A stretch of 64,000 nucleotides of DNA, from the IMG/VR virus record IMGVR_UViG_3300035396_000367, positions 1 through 64,000 of that record; one strand, 5' to 3'. Made by a program: the position numbers and the translations under genes. Shown here piece by piece: positions 49,501 through 61,500 of this stretch. Position 1 is the first letter of the stretch. Each line of letters starts with the position of its first letter. The DNA is from a virus. Below the pieces are notes generated by a model. The model was not told the DNA's origin and ran no database searches. It saw only the letters and a list, made by a program, of their open reading frames with translations.

Positions 49501-52500
49501 CAGTTGATAAAACACTCTTCAATACATTTTCGAAACTTACTAAAGCATCCTCTGCCGCATAGTATGAGTCAACAATACCTGATGCCCCCATACCTGATAA
49601 AGCTGCTGACAGTTCAGTTATAGCTTTTATATCCGCATCGTATTTTTTACCAGCCGACAAAGCATCGCTTATTGCTTTTACTTTCTCTAACCCACTTATG
49701 TAAGTTGTTAGCATAGCAGACGATTCTTCCCAGTTACTACCCTGTAAGTTAGGATCTTCAAGTATTGATTGAACACGAGATAACTCAGTAGCAAACTCTG
49801 AGGACATCTTTTCATAGTTATTAAATAACTTAGAGTTCCCAATCTTTCTACCAACTTCTTCTAGCGTAGTTAATTTATCAGTCAACTGGTCTATACCTAA
49901 CGACGAAGAGTCTTTAGCATACTGGGCTGTCATATCCGAAACTAATTTTGGATTAACATACTCGCTACCTGCCATACTTTGTTTTTTTGCAGTTGATATT
50001 ACAGTCTTCCACTTATCCAAAGCGTCTGACCTTTGATCTATGGAACCGCCAGCAAACGAAGGACCAGATGAGAATTTCTTTGCATCTGTACCAACGTAGC
50101 TTATTCGTTGAGAAATCCTATCATGGTCTGCACTATCTATTTTACGATATGACTCGTACACAGCATCTAGAGCACCTTGCATTTCTCTTACGTTTTTAAG
50201 TTCAAACAGTTGACGAGCTTCTAATTTCAACTCAAATTTCAACTCAGGATTTTCACTAAACTTACCAATCTCGTCGTTTAAGTCTTTCACCCTGGAAGTA
50301 ATGGCTGAAATCTTAGCACCAGTCTCATCAAACGCACCACCCATACCTTCGTATACTTTTCCAAGTGCACTTGCTTCGGATAATGACCTACCTAATGTTA
50401 ATTTAGAACTTCTCTGTCTCATCTTTTCTAACTCAAAGTTTGACTTACCTAGTTCTTCACCTAATATTTGTGCGCTTTCTTCCATCCTTTTTATTTCTGA
50501 GGAGATATCTTCCTTCTTTTTAGGATCTGTCTCTCTTTGTAAATTACCTTGTTGAACAGACTTCATCTTCTCTAATAAAAGAATCCTTTCTTTTATTGTA
50601 CTTACATACTTCTCGGCAGCATCTATACGACCCTTATCGTCATTGTAGTTTTGTATTCCACCACCTTTTATTGCGGAAGTAACAGTATTTATATTCGAAA
50701 ATGCAGCACCTACATCCATAACTGACTGCTTCAAACTGTTTGCAACATCACCAACGATGTACATATTTTTCAGCATACTCGTTGTCATTGATTCAAACTT
50801 AACACTATTTTTGTCTATGGACATACCTAGCGATTCGAACTGCCCAATAATGAAATCTAAGTTTTTCTGAACTTTTTCTTTGTACTCTTTCATCTGTTCA
50901 GCATTACCGGCACTCTTTGATGCTTCATCAAATATCTTTGAGAACGTAGTAACTTCACTGTACTGCACGCCCAATTCAGCAAGTGTTTGTCCCAGCTGAC
51001 GAATCTGGGTTAGTGCCTCTTTACCTGATGTAAAAGTGTTATCAAAAATATCTACTGCCAATGCTTTTTGAATAGAGTCTACTGATTTTTTAACAACTGA
51101 TAAATCAATACTACCGAAAGCCTTAACGTACATACTTGTAAGCTCTTCCTGTAAATATTTACCGTAGTTCACTAGTTCAGGATCACCTGACTTTTTCATT
51201 ACATCAATTGTCTCTTTTATGTTACCACCTGAACGACCAACAGCCGCAGAAAGTTTTGTAAAGTTCTCACCTACACCCTCCGCAGAAACTTTACCCATCC
51301 CCTGAAATGCAGTAGCCATCTCACGTACAGCTGTTTTAAACTCTTCTTTTTTCTTAGAAATTAGGTCAGTTATTTTAAGGTACTGCTCCATCGCCTTAGC
51401 TTGTTCTTCAATACTTTTTTGCTGAGCGTCAGACCCTGCTGCACCTAAAGCACCATCCGCATCGTCCCCCATTTCCTTCATACTTTTCGACATAGTTGCC
51501 ATGGTCTCTGACATAACCTGTAAGTTTCTTGGATCAACACCTACAGCTTTAAATATCTCGAGGAATCCTTCAGCCTCTTTCGTACCACCCATTCCAGCCT
51601 TTTTCAGTCCTTCTTTTATAGCCTTTTGCATCCCTTCAGAGGATCTACCTCCAGACTTTTTAAACTCTTGCTCGATACTCGCTAATACTGTACCGAATGA
51701 TTTTTTAGCTTTATCTCCACCTTGCTCCGATATCATCCCTTTATAAATAGCTTTCGCTGCGTCAACACCTATACCTCTGGCATTGTTGATGGCGATAACA
51801 GCACCCATGCTCTGTTGTGTCAATCCTAGCATTTCACCAAGAGAGTTCTGACGTGATATCATCGCTAAGTCTGCACCACTATTCATGATGGCATTAGCTT
51901 CTGTATTTATATTTTTTATCGATACTAATAATTTTGCAAAAGTTTTTTCATTGCTTGTAGCACGTACAACTGATGTATCTGTAGAGAACGAACCTACTGT
52001 TTCATTTGCGGATATTGATGTTAGTGCTTTCTTAAATACTCCCTTAGCTGAGGATGCATCTTTCTCCATCCCCTCAGCTAAAGACTTGATCTTCGCGACC
52101 TCTTCCTTAGCTTTCATTACATGAGTGTACCTTTCATGAATTTCTTTTGCTAGAGCTTCTCCACCCTTTTTATCGGATATCCCGTACTCAAATTTAACCT
52201 CTGCTTTTACAGATTCTATGTCTGTACCCTTACCCTCATCTACCATTTTACCAAAGTACTTACCCGCCTGTTTACCAGCGTTTTGTGTATTGTTTGCCTT
52301 TTTCAAACCGGCAGTTGCATCCTCTATATCTTTTCTGGATTGATTAACTAATGATTCATAATCAGCTGTAACTTTTGCAAGGTACTCTTTCATTCCTTCA
52401 ACGCTAAATGCGTCTTCAATTGTCTTGTCAACAACTGATGAAACTTTAGAAGAACTAACACTTCCTGGCTTAATTGTTTCATTTATTTTTTTAAGAAGTT

Positions 52501-55500
52501 TACCAGGTAGGTCTGTGTTATTCTGAATGAAATCAGTAGCATACTCCATTAAATCAATACCATCTATCTCACCAGATATTTTTGATCCAACATCTTCTAA
52601 TGACGCGCGTACTGAGTCTACGTAACCTTTTCCATAAACACCTAAGTCTTCAGTTGTCTTCCCTGTTGAAGCAACTGATGCAGTTTTAAACAACTTCTTC
52701 CCTGGCTCATCCAGTAACCCTTTCTCGCTACTATATGATAACTGGTCGACAACACTTTTCTTTCGAACAATAGCTACCTGCCCAGACTGCTCTTTAACAA
52801 CACTGGACATCGCTGCATCTATCTTCACTGCAGCACCAAACAAGTCTCCATAATTTGCAACAATAGATCCTATATGTTTCGACATGTCCTCAAGATACCT
52901 ATTGTAATCCGATAATTCAACATCACCAAAATTAAGAAACTCTTTTGATACGGAAGACATTTTTGAAAGTTTATTAACAGACTTGTCTATTGCTTTGTCT
53001 AATACTTCAAAAGTTTCTGTGAAAGCTTTTACTGATTTTTGAGCTATACCTAAAGTATCAGTGTACGACACACTAGGTCCTGCACCTATACTCTGAACTT
53101 GTTTAAGTTCACCTCCATCTCCCTTTGCAGCCGTATACGCTTCATTAACGCTTGAATACTGTTTAACCATTTCTTCACTAGCATATTTGTCAACCTTTTT
53201 CTGATCAAGCTTTCCGTCTGTGAGAAGACTCTCTTTTGGACTCAAGTCTATTACGCTTATTTTATTATCTGTGTTTAACAAGTAACTTTGAACTTCTTTA
53301 TATTCACCGTTAGCCTGCTTCACACGCTTCGTAAATACAGCAAGTGTATTCTCTGTTATTTTTGCAGCCTTATCCGCATCCAACTTTACATTCTCTGCGA
53401 TGCCAGCATACATTCCATTTAAGTCTGTCGATACGGATACTGAACCACTTGCAAGAGACTCTGCCAGTTGGTTAGCTCTTTCCCTTAGAGCTTTGTCTGC
53501 ACCTGGTGCCTTGATTACACTCTCGGCCAGTCTACTAGATAGTGCTGTCATCTCGCTTACCGGTTGAGAAACATCAGCATTTCTAATGTAGTTAGCAAGG
53601 TCTCCGCCAACCATTTTAGAAATCATTACTTTCAAACCTTTCTCGTAATCTGTTCCAAATGCCTCGAGCTGTCTTGTCATATTTATTGTAAACGCTCCGG
53701 CAGTATCAGACTTCTCAAGAATAGTACTAAGTAAGTTTACGACTTGGCCAGAACCCCTCTCACCTGCTTTTGTAAACAAACTATCCATTTGCTCAATCGC
53801 ATCGTTTATATACGCCTGTGAGCTTACGTATTCTTCCGTAGCTTTCTTTACTTCTTTTGATTTTTTACTAATTAACTTTTCATTACCTGATTCTTTAGCA
53901 ACTGATAAAGCAGCTTCTGCTTGTGATTTATTAGTAGTTGCTTTTTGTAAATCCTCAATTCGAGATGTACCTAAACTCGCACCAAACAATGACGAGATAC
54001 CCTCGTACCACTTACCAGAACCTTTTCTATTCATAGCAGTGAAAACATCGTCGATAGCATTCGCAAGAGATATAATATAATCAACCTCACGTGCTTCTTC
54101 AATATCACGTAATGTTTTTGCAAAAACATCTAAACTACTCGCAGATTTTAAAACTGCGACACCATATGTTGTATACCCGGCAACTACACCTGGCATTATA
54201 CCAGCTAGATCCTTTCTTAGTTTTAGTTCACGGTCCAATGCCTTTTCGTTCAGATTTGAAGCGTTAGAAACTTTCGAAGCAGCAGAGACATAAGCTTCTA
54301 GTGCACCCTGATTTTCTGAAAGACTGTATCTATCCTTTTCAATGTCTTTTCGTCTACCGGCCATAGCCTTCGAACCTTTCACGTCGGTGTTTGCTTTAAT
54401 CGCACCGGCTCCAACACCAATACCAGCAATAGCGGCTGCCACGGCTGCTGCAATAGCTACAGGAGGTATAGCCAGTGTACCTGCAGCTGCTGCACCTCCA
54501 CCACCCGCTGCACCACCCGCGAATAAACCTCGTAGCCCTGCGAATAAACCACCCTTTACTGCAATGTCTCTACCTGTATCTTTCACTACATCCTTAGTCT
54601 TTTTAGATAAAGTTTCTTTTGTAGCTTTTGCTGCGGCCTCCCTGGCAAGTACATCTGTAGCCGCGTCACCAAGCTGTGAGGTTTTCTTAGATATTTTACC
54701 TTTACCAGTTGACATACTCTCTCTTATTTTCATAAGAGCTATTTCTTGTTGTAACAAAGAATTAACCGCTGCTCTCTCACCTACTTCGCTTTTAACAGAA
54801 AGATTTAAACCTTCTTGTAAAACTTTAGTTTGACCAAGGGCTACAGCCTCTTTGTCTATACCTGCAACACTTACATTTTTCAATGCAGCAAACTCTGCAG
54901 CAAGCTTTTTCGAATCTATAGTGTTCTTCTTCAGTAGGCCACCGATCAAGGAGAAAGCATCCAACTGTCCACCTGTTAAAAGCTTTAATGCTGTTGCAGC
55001 AACAGCTGTTGTTGTAACTACTGTACCAAGCCCAACAACTACAGTCCGTACTCCACCAGGTAATTCATTTACTGTACTTAGGATACCTCGAATAGCTTTA
55101 GCACCACCATCTAACACCGGAAGAGTGAGTTGACCGCTAACCTGAACAACTTCACCCCATGTATTCTTCAGCGACTCTAATGTTCGTTTTGTACTTTCCA
55201 TCGCAATCTGATTTTCAGCCATTGCGGAACCGTTTGAGTATAATGAATCTGTTGTTGCCTTTGTAACAATATCCCAGTTTTCGAACATCGCTGTTACAAA
55301 TGAACCGTATCGTACTTGACCTAACGATAAAGCTATCTGCTGTTTCTGAGCGTCTGTTATATTATTCCAGCTACCTGCCAAATCGTTAAAAACATCCTGT
55401 GCATCTCTGTACTCTTGTGCTGTCTTACGTATGGATATACCTACTGAGTTCAATGACTCCTCTGCTTTATCCGTACGCATATTTGTAAGCATCTGTTTCA

Positions 55501-58500
55501 TTACACGACCAATTGTAGAACCACCCTTACGTGTAACTTCTTGCATAGCAGCAACCATACCATTCAACCGATTAAACTCTAAACCGGATATCTTTGCTAA
55601 AGCACCAACTTGCTTAACTGCTTCACCTAAATCTTTTGCAGTAACCGCGTTCTTATTAGCAACATTATTCCAAGAATCAAGAATTGCCATAGACTCTTTT
55701 AAACTAAAACTGTACTGTCGTGTTGCCGCAGTAAGGTTATCCATCGCCTCTACTTGTGTCATGTCAGTTACGTTTGCAGCAACAGCTGTTGTCTTTGTTA
55801 GCGATGTCACCTCTGCTTGACCAAGACCCTGCCTAGAAAACTCTATTGCAGTGCCCATAACATCATCTATCGGACGAGCCATTTCCTGAGCAATACCGTA
55901 TAGATCATTTTTAATTTTACCAAAGTCAGTGGATGCTTCGCTCATTACCTGTCGTAGTGTATTTACCTGCTCTTCAACAGAAAGCATTGCACCTACTGCC
56001 TGACGAGCCTGCGCTTGAATACCATAGAATAAGTATGAACCAGCACCAAATTTAGCAATCCTACCCATAACAGTTTCGAGCTGTTTAGCTAAACCACCAC
56101 GGAGTGCATTAGTACTCTCCTCAATAGATGTAGTGACCCTACCTTGAGAATCAATAACCATTTTTAATAATCCAATCTCTCTACCACGTATGTCTAGAAT
56201 TTTTTCTGTCTGGATTATTTCCTTACTTAGAACATCAAACCCCTGACCTTTAAGATCAATAGCAACAGCAGCAGTTGTCTTTGCTCTTTTGTTAAAGTCT
56301 TGCATTTGCTCTTTTACACGACTTGTTTCTATTTCACGTATTCGTGTCGGATCACCCGAGTTTATAGCAGAGTCATACTCAAATGCATTTTTAGAACTAG
56401 CTATACTAGCTTTAAGTCCATCATACTTTGCAAAAGCATTAAATGCCTGGGACTGTTGCTCTGGTGTCTTAGCAACCTTACCCATTGCTGTAAGTGATGT
56501 AACATATTCTTTTTGAACCATTGCAAGTTCTTTAAGTGACTGAAGTCTCTCCTCTAAAGGAACATTCGCGTCACGAGTTGTCTTAGCTATTTGAGATACG
56601 GAGGATGCATGTTTACCTACCTCAGCAAAAAGCTGTTCGAATGTACGTAGCCCTTTAGGAGTTGCATCCATTCCGGATATTTTAATAAGCATCTTTTCGA
56701 GTTTCTCTAACTCAAGCTCTGCACTTTTTATTGCTGCCACACCAAATGTTTTGTCTGCACCCTGTATGTTTCTTAGTTTATCTAACTCTTCCCTGTACTC
56801 GGAGATACCGCGTTTAACTGATGAGATAGCCTCTTTTTTTGATTTATCTGTTGTAGCACTTTCAACAGCTATTCCAATAATCTTTTTGTTAGTAGCGGCC
56901 AGGTACGATAACTCTCTAGCGTATAGTCTTACTTCGGATGCTTGATCTTTCCACAAAGAGTTTTTCTTTGTTGTAGCCATATTCTGTAATGACTCTTTTG
57001 CTTTATCGCTTGATTCTATTAGTTCCTTTAGAGAACGTTCAATGTCTTTTATTTTTAACTCTGTACCCATGTCAAGCGCACCGTCACCGGCTATCTTTTG
57101 CTTTAAGGCTTGTATCGTTTCTAGCCTACCCTTCAGTGTTGTACCTGCTTCAGCACCTTCTTTCGGTTCTAAATAATTTGATAAAGCACTACTACTGGAT
57201 GACCTTTCTATAATATTTTTAGAAGAATCATTTGCACGTCTCGCTTCTCTTTTTAAATATTTTGAAAGTTTATCTGCGTCACCTATTTCTGACAGTAAAG
57301 ACTCATAGCTCTCACCTGTAACTTTCTTCCCAGGTGTTTTAACACCTGATGCTGTCTCAGCAGCTGCCGCATTTAATGTTGGAACACCGGAACTTGCTTT
57401 TGATAGTCTTGTTTTTATATCACAAACATCCTGGTCTATTTGCTCAAGTGTGCGTTTAAGCATAGAACCACTTTCTGTTATTGCTTTAACAAGCTTATCA
57501 CAGCACTCCCCAAAGCCTTTAGCTTCTTCTGAACCAGTTGCATACTTTTTATCTTCAGTTGCCTGGTTAATAACTTTAGCTTTTTCTGACTCCATTGCTG
57601 CACTTTTCTCAAGTAACTCGTCATCAGATATACTTCTACCTTTAAATGAAGACATCTTAGAATATGCTGTTTTAGCGTCAAACGTATCCCCGAACTCCAA
57701 GCCTTTGGAAGCCAAAAACTCATCCAAGAATTTACCTTTTACAGATGAGTCACCGTTTTTAGATGAAGCTACTTCAGCTTCAAATCTACTTTTCACTTCG
57801 GGTTTATTCATATGTTCTTGGAAACCAAGGTCCTTTACAATCGACATTGAAGTTCCTGCAAGCTGAACCTCTCTTTCTGCTTCAGCTATAGGCTTATCTA
57901 CTTTAACAATTGTAGCTACACGATTTACTAACTCCCTTAAACTTGTTAAAAACGTATTGTCTGCAGCACTCATCGTACCTTTTGAGGAAGCTTCTCTAAT
58001 CGCTGTCATACGTGATTCTAACTGTGCAGATAATTCTAGTTCTGTCCCTTTATTATTCTCACCAAGAAGACCTTCCGTATTTAAGCCCTTTACAAACTCC
58101 TTACGAGGTATGTGTACAATATCTGTATCTATACCTGTTATCTTCCCTAAAGATTTACCCCAGTCTGACTCGGGTATGCTTCTCTGGTATAATGCCTGTT
58201 GTGTAGCAGACTTCTCCGCAACTTCTGTTGGTGAAAGTGTTGATGTTTTGTAATCTCTTACCTTTACTCTGTAGCCATCTCCGTCCTTAACAGCTCGTGC
58301 CTCATCCACAGTACCTAGAGAAGCACCATCACTACTTCTATCCAGTTTTTGCTCTACCGCAACGTACCCAGCTTCTATCTCTTTAGCAAAGTCTATATGA
58401 GAAAGATTTTCCAACGATTTGTGCACATTCTTACCTATCGCAGCAGACTCTGATTCCTTACCTGAAAAGTCACGTCCCATCACAGCACCAAACAATGATG

Positions 58501-61500
58501 ATTTTCCGAACATACCCCGCGTAGCTATACTCTGCACACCAGAAGGAGTGAGACCGCTATCCTTAGTTCCGTACCCTTGAGTTGCTACCATATTTCTGAT
58601 GCCTTCTGCATAAGCATCTTCCATATTAGCACCGGATACTGTTCCCTGAGATACAACGTCTGTATCATAAATTTTCGTTGCGAGTTTTGAGTCTACAAGA
58701 TTTCTACCTGTTTCTGGATCACCGTACACAATTGACTTCTGCGCAAGTTCGCTCCCATTTACGTAGTTACCAACTTCTTTTGCTGTGTTTTTAAACCTGT
58801 ACTTCAGAGCTGCCGCTACACTAAATTTATCTGGATCTATTTTTGTCCCAGGAGCAGTTTTACCGGATTCAATATTACTTTGAAGCATCTGCTCTTCTTG
58901 CTTCTTTAAAACTTCACGTGTCCATTGAATCTCACGGTGTATACTCGCTTCAATTGCTTCTCGTGTTTTTACGTCTACAGTTTCACCAAAAGATTCTATA
59001 CTTGAAACAAGTTTATCCCTTAATCTTTTTACCAAAGCATCGACACGCTCTTGGCCACCACTTGTGTTTGTATCTAAATCAGAAGGTTTGATATCACCAA
59101 ACACCAATTTAGAAGAAAATGCTTCCAGGTTTCTATCTAAACCTTGCTCTTTACTTGCAGTGATACCAGCCATTATTTTCTGAATTTCTTCAGGCCTGTT
59201 ATCCCCGATTAGCATACTACCAGATACTCTAGCCAAAACACTCTTATCGCTGGATAAATGAGACCTATCACCTTTCTCAGTTTTAGCTGTTATTTCAGAC
59301 TCTGTGATATCCTGAATTTTACTATTTACTTGAGATAAACCAGACTTAGCCTGGTTACGTGTTCTCTCATCAAAACCAGTTGATACAACCCTACCTTGAC
59401 TTGTTTTAGTATAAAGTTTTGCTGTATCAAGATTACCGCCACGGAACACATCTTTCGCTTTGGTTAAGTCTGTCAGCAATAATAACTGTGACTCATCCGC
59501 CTTATCTATCGCAAGAGACAGTGCACTTCTCGCATCGAGGAAGGACATACCTTTTTCATTTATTTCCGTGAGAACACTTACCGCATTGCCTTTTAATGTG
59601 TCCAATGCACTTTTGTTTTTCTTTGGCTTACTGTTCTGACCGATCTGTGATGCTGTTTCTATTTTAGACATTGCTGAGTAGGCACGCTTAGAATAAGCAG
59701 CCGACTCGTCATAATTTGCAGCTGCCTGGTCTATCCCTATAACTATCCCCTCCAGGTCTTTTGAGACACGTGCAGATAATTTATCAATCATAGAAACTAA
59801 ATCGAATCTCTCTGCAGCTGGTGCACTTTTTAATTGACCAATTGCAACTTTTAATTTTGCAAGGTTGTCTACTGCTTTAGTTCGCTTTGATAAAATAGTG
59901 GAAGCTGTTCCTGGACGTACACCAGATTCTACTTTTGCTAAGTTTGCTACGTTATCCAATACTGCAACATTACTATCAATGTCTGAAATTATTGCTGCCA
60001 GTTCTTTATCAGGACCTTCTTTACTTGAGAATGCCGACACAACCCTGTCGCCTATATTCTTAAGAATAGACTCGTCTATTGCTGCTACCTTGTCTGCAAC
60101 CTCTGTAAAGTCCCGAGTGGAAGCGGAGTTCCCTTTTAGTTGAGCATCTGATTGTACCCTTACCATTAGTGTTCTAATAAACTCTTGATACTTCGGACTA
60201 TTCTGTCTACTAGCACCTTTTACTTTTTTCAGTCTTTCATCCACAGAACCTTTCTCTGGACTAGACAAACCCTTGTAGTCTTTACCATACATTATTTTTG
60301 ATAAATCTTCCGGAAGTCTTTCTAATTCTGCTACTGTAAAACCTTCGTACGCTGCTTTATTCTCCGGTGACTCTAGGCTAGTACGCTCTTTCTCTGTAAG
60401 ATCGTTATAATCCTTTCCCAAAATCTGTTTAGCTTTGAACTTTTTAAGCTCATCAAAGAACTCTTGCGTAGGCGAGTATATACCTCTCTCACTTCCAAGA
60501 AATTCAGAGTCCTTATACTCCATCTTCCCGGACGTACCCTTAACCTCAACTTTTTTCTGGAAGTATACTGCCATCTGGTCTGACAGTCTTCTAATAGCAT
60601 CTGCTTCGCTTTTAGATACCTCTAGCTTCCTTCCATTTTTAACTAAGTCTCCTGACTCATCAAACTCACCTATTGATGTCCCCATACTCTTAAACGCTTT
60701 TACAGTTTCTTCGATTGAGGTTGGCTGAACTGTAAGAGGCTCTGAACGTAAGTTTCCTTCCTTATCCATCCTATGTTTGTACTTCAGTTTGTCAATTGAC
60801 ACACCTTTGAATACATCCAGCATGTTATTTATAGTTCTCTCGTAGTCGTTGTCCTTCGCAGATCTGTCACGCGACCCCTCACTCGCATGGAAACCACCTA
60901 TAGATTTTAGTTCATCTAACTGTGGGTCAGATGACTTCATGCTACCAGGCTCTCCTGTCTCATTTCGTATCTCATCACTACTCATACCCGATTTTGTGAT
61001 GTAAGTTGTTTTATCAGGGTCTTCTTTTGTTCGTTGCACTAACTCTAAGTCTTTTGTTACACTTATAATGTACTTCTTTATACGAGCTAAAGCTTCTTGC
61101 TCTCTCTTCTTTAAATCAAAGGCCGGCATTTTACCACCTTCAACTTTGGATACATCAGAGTACGCTTTTGCAGGCATAGTTACGTACTCGTTCCATATTG
61201 CATCTATCGATTGCTGTACATCCGCTGAGGATAGCTGCCCTTGATCTATAGCCGCGTTTAATCTTTGCTCAGGTGTGAGCTTCTCGGCAATACCTCTCAG
61301 TCTATCCTCGCTGAAAGCATTTATTAAAGCACCATCTACACTCTGCTTAGTTTCATCCCACTTACGAGATACTGATGTAGAAGAATCCTTCCCACGTGAA
61401 CCTGAAACTCCAACTACTTTTTTTACAAATTCCCCTATATTTTTCTCAACTACTGAAACAGCTTCTTTCGCGGAGCTTATCTCTTTAACAGGCGCATTAG

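Noticed and set aside
58100-58560. Cas4 or CRISPR link for the embedded nuclease
   Set aside because: It lacks the four Cys Fe-S ligands of Cas4, and I saw no CRISPR repeats or cas genes in the window.
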